In this document: piece after piece, positions 41,963 through 51,563 of the stretch
Layout of the letters: every line of letters begins with the position of its first letter
How positions within the stretch are numbered: the first letter of the stretch is position 1
The notes under the pieces: model-generated
Told to the model about the DNA's origin: nothing
The model's input: the letters and a program-made list of their open reading frames with translations, nothing else
Database searches by the model: none
Origin: Candidatus Methanomethylicia archaeon
GTDB lineage: Archaea; Thermoproteota; Methanomethylicia; Culexarchaeales; Culexarchaeaceae
Direction of reading: 5' to 3'
Length of the DNA stretch: 64,000 bases
NCBI GenBank assembly: GCA_038727515.1
Contig: JAVYVS010000004.1
Span: 1-64,000 of the forward strand
Position numbers and translations under genes: made by a program

Positions 41963-43045
41963 TCAGGATTCCATCACTTTTATGATTATATCCACTATCC
42001 TTTCTCCAGCTCTTCCATCTCCGAATGGATTAGGCCAATCTCTCTCCCTACTCATCATAATCCTCGCCTTTTCCAATATTACCTCAGGTTCAGTTCCAGC
42101 AATAATGTTTCCACCAACCTCTATTGTTTCAGGCCTTTCAGTATTGTACCTTAATGTTACGCATGGAACCTTCAATATGCATGCTTCCTCTTGAACCCCG
42201 CCTGAATCCGTAAATATGAGCCTTGCACTTCTCTCAAGAGCTAAGAAGGTTATGTAATCTACAGGATCTATCAAGGTGATACCATTAGCATCTATATTGT
42301 ATTCATACATTCTCTTTCTAGCCCTAGGATGTATTGGATAAATGATTGGTATGTTAAAGTTCTTCTCTACAAGCTTTAAACCTTCAATTATCTTTCTAAA
42401 TCTACCTTCATTATCCACATTTTCTTGTCTATGGACTGTAACAAGAAAGTATTCCTCCCTCTTCACACCTAGATCATCCAAAATATCATTGTCATCATCT
42501 ATGAGACTGATATTCTGGTACACAGCATCAACAATCGTGTTTCCCGTAATAAAAATCTTTCCATCATCTATACCCTCCTTAAGTAAGTTTGCCTTAGCTA
42601 CTTCGGTAGGTGCAAAAAGGATGTCTGAAACATGGTCTGTGATTATCCTATTTATTTCTTCAGGCATGCTCCTATCGTAGCTTCTCAATCCAGCTTCAAC
42701 ATGACCCACCACTACTCCAATTTTAACAGCTGCCAAGGCTCCAGCAACCACAGTATTAGTATCCCCCTCAACTAGTACAATGCTCGGCTTCTCCTTCAAA
42801 AGTACTCCTTCTATTCCAATCATCATCTTCCCCGTTTCTTCAGCATGGCTTCCTGAACCAACGTTTAGATTATACTTTGGCTGCGGAAGTTTCAGTTGCT
42901 CAAAGAAAATTCGATCCATATTGTATGAGTAGTGCTGACCAGTGTGTAGTATGAAGAAGTCTATGCCCCTCCTCTCAAGCTCCCCTATTATTGGAGACAT
43001 CTTTATTATTTCGGGTCTTGTACCGAGAATTATTGTAACCTTCAT
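41963..43045 (-). CDS. wecB: UDP-N-acetylglucosamine 2-epimerase (non-hydrolysing)
   Basis: GTRPEIIK, HTGQH, GDTNT, HVEAGLRS, TDSGGVQEEA, TERPE, NPFGDG. Confidence 0.95.
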   Translation of the reverse strand: MKVTIILGTRPEIIKMSPIIGELERRGIDFFILHTGQHYSYNMDRIFFEQLKLPQPKYNLNVGSGSHAEETGKMMIGIEGVLLKEKPSIVLVEGDTNTVVAGALAAVKIGVVVGHVEAGLRSYDRSMPEEINRIITDHVSDILFAPTEVAKANLLKEGIDDGKIFITGNTIVDAVYQNISLIDDDNDILDDLGVKREEYFLVTVHRQENVDNEGRFRKIIEGLKLVEKNFNIPIIYPIHPRARKRMYEYNIDANGITLIDPVDYITFLALERSARLIFTDSGGVQEEACILKVPCVTLRYNTERPETIEVGGNIIAGTEPEVILEKARIMMSRERDWPNPFGDGRAGERIVDIIIKVMES

Positions 43046-43335
43046 TTCACCTTCCTAACCCTAAATATAACTGTTCCACCATCCGTATACGGTTTCCATG
43101 GATCCACACATTGTAGATATGCATTCTCCTTATCCTCCGGTTTTGTTAATCCAAGTTTCACTGGATCTGCACCTTCATCTAGAGCTACTGCGTAATGCAA
43201 TAATACCGATAATGCATGTATGCAGAGGGCGTCTGTTCTATCCAGTAATATTCTAGGTTCATCGATAACCATCCTATCATCAACACGGTGAACTGGGCAG
43301 TATCCTCTTACCTCTACAACTTCTATTTCAAGCAT
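43042..43335 (-). CDS. TIGR04076-family small Cys-containing protein
   Basis: EVVEVRGYCP, LCIHAL, LQCVDP..GGTVIFRV. Confidence 0.75.
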   Translation of the reverse strand: MLEIEVVEVRGYCPVHRVDDRMVIDEPRILLDRTDALCIHALSVLLHYAVALDEGADPVKLGLTKPEDKENAYLQCVDPWKPYTDGGTVIFRVRKVK

Positions 43336-44227
43336 ATTTTGCCTCCCTAACCAATGATACTAGTACCCATAGTATTATTGCTGTTGTCAGTAATGTGAGA
43401 CCAATCAATGTTGTAGCCATGGCTATTATTGCGATGTTAGTTGCTATCTGCCTCGTTGCGGTGAATATCTGTAGCGTCCATATCCAGAATGAGATTGCTA
43501 TCAGCATCGATATGAAACCTGGTAATCCATAGAATAGTAGTGGGCGTCTTATGGACATATACTTCACCATACTCAATACTACGCTTAAACCATGCATTAT
43601 TGGATTTTGAGTAGAAGAATCCTCATCATACCTTACCTCTACTGGTACCTCAACTATCCTTAAATCATGCTCCTTAGCCTTCATCAATATCTCGGTACTT
43701 ACTCCCATTTCGCTTTCGCTTGGATAAATTAGTTCTATGGCCCTCCTGCCATATGCTCTATATCCAGATTGAGCATCCGTTATGTTCTTGTATGAGGTTT
43801 TTTTAGCGATCTTCGTTATCATCTTTATCCCAAACTTCCTATATCTTGGAATATTACCTTTTATGCTGCCGATGAACCTCGACCCTATCACTATATCAGC
43901 CTCCTTCCTCAGTATAGGCTCGATGAGCCTTGGAATTTCGTTGGGATTATGCTGATCATCAGCATCCAACGTAACCATAACATCTGCACCAATCTCTCTA
44001 GCCTTTTCGAATAGAGTCGATAGGGCTGCACCATAACCTTGATTACGTTCATGCCTAATTACCATAGCACCAAGCTTCTTCGCAATCTCTCCAGTCATGT
44101 CATTGGAACCATCATCACAGACGATAATCTTGTCCACATATTTTTGTGTAAGCAAAACAACTCTGCCTATGGTCCTCTCCTCATTGAAGGCTGGGATGCA
44201 TGCGACAATTAACGGTCTATCTTTCAA
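43328..44227 (-). CDS. GT2, dolichol-phosphate glycosyltransferase-like
   Basis: IPAFNEE, DDGSND, LDADDQH, IGSRF, TDAQSGYRAY and two C-terminal TM helices. Confidence 0.9.
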   Translation of the reverse strand: MKDRPLIVACIPAFNEERTIGRVVLLTQKYVDKIIVCDDGSNDMTGEIAKKLGAMVIRHERNQGYGAALSTLFEKAREIGADVMVTLDADDQHNPNEIPRLIEPILRKEADIVIGSRFIGSIKGNIPRYRKFGIKMITKIAKKTSYKNITDAQSGYRAYGRRAIELIYPSESEMGVSTEILMKAKEHDLRIVEVPVEVRYDEDSSTQNPIMHGLSVVLSMVKYMSIRRPLLFYGLPGFISMLIAISFWIWTLQIFTATRQIATNIAIIAMATTLIGLTLLTTAIILWVLVSLVREAKYA

Positions 44228-44310
44228 CCTTCTCCACTAATCGAAGTCAATAACAGTAAACACAAAACCTTTCATATTCATTTACCGACGTATTTGTACA
44301 ACTCTAGGGT

Positions 44311-44703
44311 TCATATAGTTATATTAACCTTCATGTATGGTGGATTGTTTATTTCCATAAACCCAATATATAATATGTAATTTTTATCCATAATCCAGTT
44401 TAATAGTTTTGGGAATAATTTTAAGATTGTATGGTTGGTTAAGAGTTTGCGGACTTTCTCGAAACCAGTTTTTAAAGCTTCCCTTTTCGGAGTGGATTTC
44501 AATTTTTCAATAATGGGTGTCAAAATTTTTAAGACTTCTAAACTTTTTATCTTGCCCGCAAACCTACAGTAAATCATGCAAACCCTATAGAAAGCTTTCT
44601 CATACATATCCAATTTACATATGTTACTATTCCTATGGGCTTTAACCCATAGGTTCTTCAAATCTTCATAGTATACTGGTTCAATAAAATTATCAGCGGA
44701 CAT
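44311..44703 (-). CDS. Hypothetical basic protein
   Basis: 130-aa ORF with native-looking codon use; no recognised functional motif. Confidence 0.55.
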   Translation of the reverse strand: MSADNFIEPVYYEDLKNLWVKAHRNSNICKLDMYEKAFYRVCMIYCRFAGKIKSLEVLKILTPIIEKLKSTPKREALKTGFEKVRKLLTNHTILKLFPKLLNWIMDKNYILYIGFMEINNPPYMKVNITI

Positions 44704-45018
44704 TATTGAATCTGTAATATAAAATATGGTTTTATATGGTATTTATACTTTATTTTTTTAATTTTATTTTTTTTATAATTTATTGATTTTTTCTTTTATT
44801 AAATGTGAAACCTTCATTTCGATGGTTTAATTAATCTACACATGACTTCTATATGCAGTTTATGGTGTTAGGAAGTTTACATAGTTTTGGGTTTAAGTCT
44901 TGTTTGAAGGTTTGAGGTTGAGGAATGGGTTTAGGTTTTCTGGTAAAGTTAAGTATACCTTCTTTATTCCATAACTTTTTTAGCTCCCTTTTATTCTTTA
45001 AATTATTTTGGTGTTTGT

Positions 45019-45972
45019 TTGAAGGTTTTTGTTACTGGTGCTGCTGGTTTTATTGGTAGTCATTTGGTGGATAGACTTCTCAATTTGGGTTTTGAGGTTT
45101 ATGGTTTGGATAATCTGTCTAGTGGTTCTATTGGTAATTTGTCCATGGCTTTTAATCATGGTGGTTTTAGTTTTGTTAAGGCTGATCTCCTTGAGCCCTC
45201 TAGTTGGATTGATTTTCTTGGTTGTGTGGATGTGGTTTTCCATTTTGCAGCTAACCCTGAGGTTAGGCATTCCTTTAGGGATCCATTGGATCATTATAGG
45301 AATAATGTTGAAGCAACTTTGATTTTGCTTGAGGCTTGTAGGAAGTTTAATGTTGGATTATTTGTTTTTGCATCTAGTAGTACTGTTTATGGTGATCCCG
45401 AAGTTATTCCAACCCCTGAAAACCATCCCATTAAGCCTATTAGTGTTTATGGGGCTACTAAAGCTTTATGTGAACTTCTATGTGAAGTTTACTCTAAACT
45501 TTATGGTGTTAGATCCCTTGTTTTAAGGTATGCTAATGTTGTTGGGCCTAGATTAACCCATGGCGTTATAGTTGACTTCATAAATAAACTTAAATTTAAT
45601 CCGAAGGTTCTTGAGATTCTTGGTGATGGAACTCAGGTTAAGAGTTACTTGTATATTGATGATGCTATTGATGCAACTATAATGGCATTCAATAAATTTT
45701 TAGGGGAAGATTTAGGGTTTGAAGTTTATAATGTTGGTTCAATGGATAGGATATGTGTTAGGGAGATTGCTGATATAATTGTTTCAAGTATGGGTTTGGA
45801 GGGTGTTAGATACATTTATAAGCCTATGACTAGTGATGGTAGAGGTTGGCCTGGTGATGTTAAAGTTATGTTGCTTGATATTTCTAAGATTATGGGTAGG
45901 GTTGGTTGGAAGCCTAGGTATAATAGTGGGATGGCTGTGAGGGAGACTGTTAAGAATTTGATAAATGTATAA
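45019..45972 (+). CDS. UDP-glucose 4-epimerase-like SDR (archaeal type)
   Basis: TGAAGFIGSH, AANPEVR, YGATK, RYANVVG, GWPGDV. Confidence 0.9.
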   Translation: MKVFVTGAAGFIGSHLVDRLLNLGFEVYGLDNLSSGSIGNLSMAFNHGGFSFVKADLLEPSSWIDFLGCVDVVFHFAANPEVRHSFRDPLDHYRNNVEATLILLEACRKFNVGLFVFASSSTVYGDPEVIPTPENHPIKPISVYGATKALCELLCEVYSKLYGVRSLVLRYANVVGPRLTHGVIVDFINKLKFNPKVLEILGDGTQVKSYLYIDDAIDATIMAFNKFLGEDLGFEVYNVGSMDRICVREIADIIVSSMGLEGVRYIYKPMTSDGRGWPGDVKVMLLDISKIMGRVGWKPRYNSGMAVRETVKNLINV

Positions 45973-46028
45973 ACCTATATATAGGTAAACCTTTATATAG
46001 TTTTCCTATCAATTATTGTTTGATATTT

Positions 46029-46925
46029 ATGAATGTTAGATTGATTATGGGTATTGGAGTTTTAGGGTCTATAATAACATTAGTTATGTGTATTCAAATT
46101 GTATCTAATGTGTTTATAAGTCTTGGTTTATCTTTCCCAAGGGATGTTATAAGTATACCTGAACCTTATAGGTCTATGGTGAGTTTACATGCAACTTTAA
46201 TAGCTTTCCTCTTAGCTTTCATTTTAGCTTCAGTTAAACTTCATATTTGGTATTCATCATTATGTGTATTTTCATCTGCAATAATATCTTTGGTGGCTAT
46301 ATTTTCACAGAATATTTACGGTTTAATTCTACCATCAATAATAGTGTTTCCATTGGCCATTGGCTTCATACTATCCATATCTTCAAGTTTAATTATGTTT
46401 TTCAGAGTTGAGAAACCCAAGAAAATCTTTAGTTTAACTCCAATTGAGATTTCTGTTACCGCTATTCTTAGTGCTTTACAAGCTTTTCTCACAGCTTCTG
46501 TTGGCGCTATTTTCCCATCACCCACTGGAGGCTACACACATATTGGTGATACAATAACCTTTATAGCTGCCTTCCTATTTGGAGCTAAGATTAGTACTTT
46601 AACTGGAGTTATTGGTAGTCTTGTTGCAGACTTTTACTTGGCGTATCCAAGGTGGTATGTATCTATTTTGGCTCATGGAGCTGAAGGTTTAATTGCAGGT
46701 TTATCTTATCGTAGGAGTCTTCCAATTAAAATTATCTTATCGATTATAGCTGGGTTTTCCATGGCTTTCACATACTTTTACGTTAATATTTTCATTAAGG
46801 GTTATGCTCCAGCCCTCATATCCTTTATGAGGGATTTCTTTGGTCAAGCATTAATCTCCCTACTGTTAGCTTTAATATTGTATAAACCTCTTGAGAAAGC
46901 TTTGAAAATTGGTATGCGTGGTTAA
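46029..46925 (+). CDS. ECF transporter S component with an N-terminal membrane extension
   Basis: C-terminal ~165 aa: PTGGYTHIGD, GSLVADFYLAY, HGAEGLIAG; about four extra TM helices at the N-terminus. Confidence 0.75.
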   Translation: MNVRLIMGIGVLGSIITLVMCIQIVSNVFISLGLSFPRDVISIPEPYRSMVSLHATLIAFLLAFILASVKLHIWYSSLCVFSSAIISLVAIFSQNIYGLILPSIIVFPLAIGFILSISSSLIMFFRVEKPKKIFSLTPIEISVTAILSALQAFLTASVGAIFPSPTGGYTHIGDTITFIAAFLFGAKISTLTGVIGSLVADFYLAYPRWYVSILAHGAEGLIAGLSYRRSLPIKIILSIIAGFSMAFTYFYVNIFIKGYAPALISFMRDFFGQALISLLLALILYKPLEKALKIGMRG

Positions 46926-48304
46926 ATTATGGATTTACCCTTTTCAGTTAATTTATAATATTCTCTAATTCTACCCATGGTTTTAATGGTTCTACTTTTA
47001 TCAACATATCCCTCCCTCAATAATTCCTTTATGTGTTGGTATAGTGTAGGCATTTTCAATTCCACTCCATAATAATCCTTTAATTTCCTCCAAATACCAT
47101 AACCATAATTTTCCCCTTCACTTAGTATCCTCATTATCATTAGCTTTGTATCTCCAATGGTTTTTCCATCCATATCCTTTATTAATCCACCAATTTTCGG
47201 ACTTTGAACTGCTATTTCCCTTAGGATTTTGGGGTCTTTTAATCCACTTCCAGTTATTATGCATACAACCCTACTATTCCTTTCAATACTTCCACTTCTA
47301 ACTAGGTTTTCTAGTGCAGCTATAGTTAAGCTTGCAGCTGGTTCTGCAAGTATACCTTCATATCTAGCTAGATTCTTCAAGGCTCTTATAGCTTCAGCTT
47401 CTTCTATTGCCACTGCTAAGCCATTGGTTTCCCTTATGGCTTTTAATGCTGCTAATCCATATCTAGGTTTTGGATGATTTAAATCGTGTATGCTTGTTTC
47501 AGCAAAATCCACTTCCACATCCTTTGAATTTTCTTCGAAGGCTTTAACTATGGGTGAACATCCCTTTGGTTGTACTCCAACTATCTTTGGCTTCTCTTTT
47601 AATATTCCAAGTTTAATGGCTTCCATTAAAGCTTTATATGTACTATACGCTAATCCTCCAATCCCCATGGGGAGTATTATGTATTCTGGTGGAGGATTTA
47701 ATTGTAGGATTAACTCCCAAATAATTGTCTTTTTCGCTTCATTTATTAATGGATCGTATTCCACTTCATGTATTTTAACCCCTTTTACAAGTTCAGTTTT
47801 CGGTATTACTTCTGCTCCATATGCAATTATTTGATATAGTTTTCCAATATCCATGTTTCTATCGAAGTAAACCTTTAATTTTATTGATGCTTTAGCCATA
47901 TAGGCTGCTAGTGAAGAACTTAAATTACCCTTTGAATATATTGTTAACTCTCTGATTTTCATGTCTAGAATTTTTGATGTGAATAATGCTGAAGATCTAT
48001 CTAGATAGGACCCTGTTGGTTCCATGGTTTCATCTTTAAACCATAAGTCTAAACCTAAATCTAATCCAATCCTCCTACTGTGATGGATGAATGTATTTCC
48101 TTCACCTAAACTAATCCTATAATTCTCATTTACATGGGGGAGGATTTTTGAAAACTTCCATATACCACTACAACCCTCTGAAAATTCCATTTTACTTAAA
48201 TCTTTCAATTGGAATGTTAATCCACATCCACATTTAATGCAGTATTTAAGGTTTATATCATAATCATATTCTTCCCCACATCCAGTACATTTCAACTTTT
48301 CCAT
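46922..48304 (-). CDS. Threonine-synthase-like (PLP fold II) protein fused to a C-terminal PadR-like winged helix; PLP lysine replaced
   Basis: CxxC..CxxC zinc ribbon, SLGEGNT, PTGSYLDR, GVQPKGC, AEPAAS, ITGSGLKD; then NYGYGIW..PTLYQHIKEL..YYKLTEKG. Start taken at MEKLKC. Confidence 0.85.
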   Translation of the reverse strand: MEKLKCTGCGEEYDYDINLKYCIKCGCGLTFQLKDLSKMEFSEGCSGIWKFSKILPHVNENYRISLGEGNTFIHHSRRIGLDLGLDLWFKDETMEPTGSYLDRSSALFTSKILDMKIRELTIYSKGNLSSSLAAYMAKASIKLKVYFDRNMDIGKLYQIIAYGAEVIPKTELVKGVKIHEVEYDPLINEAKKTIIWELILQLNPPPEYIILPMGIGGLAYSTYKALMEAIKLGILKEKPKIVGVQPKGCSPIVKAFEENSKDVEVDFAETSIHDLNHPKPRYGLAALKAIRETNGLAVAIEEAEAIRALKNLARYEGILAEPAASLTIAALENLVRSGSIERNSRVVCIITGSGLKDPKILREIAVQSPKIGGLIKDMDGKTIGDTKLMIMRILSEGENYGYGIWRKLKDYYGVELKMPTLYQHIKELLREGYVDKSRTIKTMGRIREYYKLTEKGKSII

Positions 48305-48345
48305 AACTATCCCAAATCCCCAAATAATATTTATCATTTAAATTG

Positions 48346-49405
48346 TTAAATTTTGGTTAATGTATTCTTTAGTATTGGATCTAGAATTTCATATTCACCT
48401 CTTCTAATTCTAGCAATATAACCTCACATAATCAAACTGTCTATGTACCTCTTTAACTCTGAATCGTATACTACAGTTTTCTTTTTCCTCTCAAAATAAT
48501 CCTTTATTTCACTCCAACTATTATATCCTTTAGCTATGCTTCAACGATATGTAGATAGTTTCTTGAGAAGTGCGTTAATTCTTCTATAACTATTTTTGAA
48601 GCTTTTTCCATAGTTTCATCAATGATTTCTTTATTTAGAATACCCATTTTAACGGCTTTTGCTCCAAGTTCATTCAGCCATCCAACAACTCCATCCAATT
48701 TCTCAACGGCATAAATAATTAAATCTTCATCTACCTCCATACCATATTCTGAAAAACCCTTTTTCAAGAAGTTTATTGAGGTATCCCTTGAAAATCTTTC
48801 AAGTCTAATTTCCTCTAAATGCCTTCCATATAATGGTGAATTTGGTTGGTTTATGCGTAGTAGATCATATAGCAATCCAGCTTCTGAACCTGTTAAAATA
48901 AATGAAATATTTCTACAATAATCATAGCAGTGGGCTAGAATTTGAGTTACTACTTCACTAAGATTCCCCCCTAAAATTCTGTGCTTCGTCTATGGCTATC
49001 ACCATTCCCCCAAATCATTAATTCTATCTAGAATTGATTGTAAATCAACTCTCTCCCTTATATCCCATGATAATGATATTTCAAAATCAAAAATTCTTAC
49101 ACCATTTATATGTTTCAACAAATTGGATAATATACCCTTATAAAATTTAGAGTTTAATTGTGTAATTACGTTTGAGAACATTGAATATAGGGATTTATAA
49201 GATTTAATTGGTCCTCTAACATCCATTATTGAGTATGGCATTCCACATTCATTTAAAAATACTTTTAGAACAGATGTTTTCCCAATCCTCCTCATTCCCG
49301 TTAGTAGTATTATCGGTTTCCCATAGCCTTCTTTAATTCTTCTAATTCTCTTTCTCTATCGTATAAGTCCTTCCTATTTTCCTTTGGTCTTTCATCAAAT
49401 AACAT
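48346..49405 (-). pseudogene. Archaeal ATPase (AAA/STAND, ATPase_2) pseudogene
   Basis: MLFDERPK..LYDRERE, GMRRIGKTS (Walker A), IAIDEAQ (Walker B), ILTGSE, YEILDP; about four frameshifts and an in-frame stop. Confidence 0.9.
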
Positions 49406-49486
49406 AACTAACACCCTGATAGTAATAACCTATCTATATTACTCTCTTTTAACAAGCTATATATTGTCCTTAATCAAATTTTAGTT

Positions 49487-50635
49487 TTGGTGTTTTTATT
49501 GGAGTTTTATGAACGTGAACCTCCTATTCCACCTGAAGAATATCTACGTATAGATTCCTTTGAACTTAAGAGTTTTGTTTCCAATATATATCATAGTCTC
49601 GGCGCCTCTGAGTTTGATGCTGATATTGTTGCAGAAGTTCTTGTTACTGCTGATCTTTTTGGGATTTCTAGTCATGGTGTTCAGAGGGTTTCAAGGTATG
49701 TTGGTGGTATAAAGTGTGGGAATATAAATCTTAAGCCAAACATTAAGTTTTATGGTAGAGGTGCTGTTGGAGTTGTTGATGGTGATAGAGGTTTTGGTCA
49801 GGTGGTTGGTGTTAAAGCTATGGAGATTGTTCTTGAGAAGGTTAGAGATTATGGTGTTGGAGTGGTTTTAGCTAGGAATAGTAATCATTATGGTATTGCT
49901 GGGTATTATGCTTTAAAGGCTGTGGAGCATGGGTATATTGGTTTTTCATCCACTAATTCAGATAAACTTGTATCATACGTTAATACAGTTGGCAGATTTC
50001 TAGGTACAAACCCCATAGCCATTGCAATTCCAACGTTAAATCCACCGCCAATACTCTTTGATGCAGCTACATCCATAATTCCAGTTGGGAAGATTGAAGT
50101 TTATTCTAAACTTGGACGTGAACTACCACCTGGTTTCGTCATAGATCTTGATGGAAACGTATTGTTTGGAGATGCAAAGAAGATTTTAAATCAGCTCAGG
50201 GAGGGGAGAGCTTCAATACTACCACTTGGAGGTTTAGGTGAAGAGTATGGTGGTCATAAAGGCTCTGGATTTGCATTTATAGTGGATATACTATGTGGAG
50301 TTCTTTCTGGAGCTGCTTGGAGTTTTCATGTGGGTTATACTATTGGAGATAAACCTTCAAATGTAGGTCATGCCTTTATGGCTTGGGATATAGAATCCTT
50401 TATGCCAAAACAAGAATTTCTATCTAGAATTGAGCAATACATAAATGAAATTAAATCCTTAAAAAAGCATCCAAAGGCTGATGCAATATGGATTCCAGGT
50501 GAAAAAGCTTGGAAAACCATGCAAACAAGACTTAAAATAGGGATACCAATACATAGAAACGTCTATGATGAGCTTAATAAAATAGCTTTTGAAATTGGGT
50601 TAAAGAGAGAATTAAAAATCTTAATTAAACGTTAA
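49487..50635 (+). CDS. Ldh_2-family (malate/L-lactate/sulfolactate) dehydrogenase
   Basis: SHGVQR, NSNHYG, GTNPIA, GGHKGSG, IPGE. Confidence 0.9.
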   Translation: MVFLLEFYEREPPIPPEEYLRIDSFELKSFVSNIYHSLGASEFDADIVAEVLVTADLFGISSHGVQRVSRYVGGIKCGNINLKPNIKFYGRGAVGVVDGDRGFGQVVGVKAMEIVLEKVRDYGVGVVLARNSNHYGIAGYYALKAVEHGYIGFSSTNSDKLVSYVNTVGRFLGTNPIAIAIPTLNPPPILFDAATSIIPVGKIEVYSKLGRELPPGFVIDLDGNVLFGDAKKILNQLREGRASILPLGGLGEEYGGHKGSGFAFIVDILCGVLSGAAWSFHVGYTIGDKPSNVGHAFMAWDIESFMPKQEFLSRIEQYINEIKSLKKHPKADAIWIPGEKAWKTMQTRLKIGIPIHRNVYDELNKIAFEIGLKRELKILIKR

Positions 50636-50715
50636 GTTTCATCTAGAATTTCAGATATTCAAATTTAATTAATAAGTGAGGATTTATATGTGAATGATAA
50701 TTGAATATTTATGGT

Positions 50716-51467
50716 ATGACCTTTGAAACTCTTTCAAGAGAAGAGAAGTTGAGAATATTGAAAGCTTTAGAAGAAGATTTAGAGTTTAGGTATGCAGTGG
50801 CAGGTTTAATTGGGATCTCCGAAATATTAAGGAGATTAGATAGATTTGAAGAAGGACAAAATAAATTATGGGAAAACCAAAAAAGGTTATGGGAAGCTCA
50901 AAACAAATTATGGGAAAATCAAAACAAACTGTGGGAGGAGGTTAAAAGTCTAAGAGAAGGCCAGAATAAACTATGGGAGGAAATCAAAAACCTAAGAGAA
51001 GGCCAAAATAAGCTGTGGGAAGAGGTTAGAGAACTGAGGGTTAATTATAGGATATTGGAAAAGAGTTTAAATGCTTTAAGAGAGTCCATGATAAGTGGTT
51101 TTAGTGAGTTAAGTAAATTTGCAGGTTTAACCTTTGAAGAATTTGTTAGAAAATTCTTAACTAACTATTTAAGAAGCATGGGGGTTATATCAGAGAATGT
51201 TGAATTTAAACCCATAAATATAGATGGAGAGGAAATAAACATATTCCTTGAAGACCCCTCATAGTTGGAGAAGTAACATCTTATAGTGAAAGTCTACAAG
51301 AATTTGAGAAACTTATTAGAAAGATTGAGATTATTAAACAGAAGTATAAGAGGGAGCCTAAGAAATACCTCATAATATTAACGGTTAAAGAAGATGTGGT
51401 TGATGTCCTTAGGAAATCCTGTGAAGAAATGGATATAGAGCTTATTATAGGTAAAGTGGTAAAGTAA
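50716..51467 (+). pseudogene. Coiled-coil repeat + nuclease-like (DUF3782-type) gene with one frameshift
   Basis: LEEDLEFRYAVAGLIG, QNKLWE heptads. One extra C in the run at 51255-51258 restores ...EDPLIVGEVTSY...IELIIGKVVK*. Confidence 0.75.
50857..51030 (+). repeat. Degenerate 21/42-bp tandem repeats encoding QNKLWE heptads
   Basis: Six units of consensus CAAAAYAARYTRTGGGA. Confidence 0.85.
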
Positions 51468-51563
51468 AATTTAGTATCATCTAATATTAAATGGTTTCTT
51501 TAATTTCATTAATCCTTTCACATATACTAGAGGTAAATCTTAATTTATTGTGATTATTATAAT

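Noticed and set aside
44704-45018. T-rich intergenic region as a replication origin
   Set aside because: No ORB-like repeats recognised and no cdc6/orc1 gene nearby; explained as a divergent promoter region.
48346-49405. Programmed frameshifting or phase variation in the archaeal ATPase
   Set aside because: Several independent frameshifts plus an in-frame stop indicate ordinary decay.
50857-51030. Possible CRISPR-like repeats
   Set aside because: In-frame degenerate coding heptads with no unique spacers.
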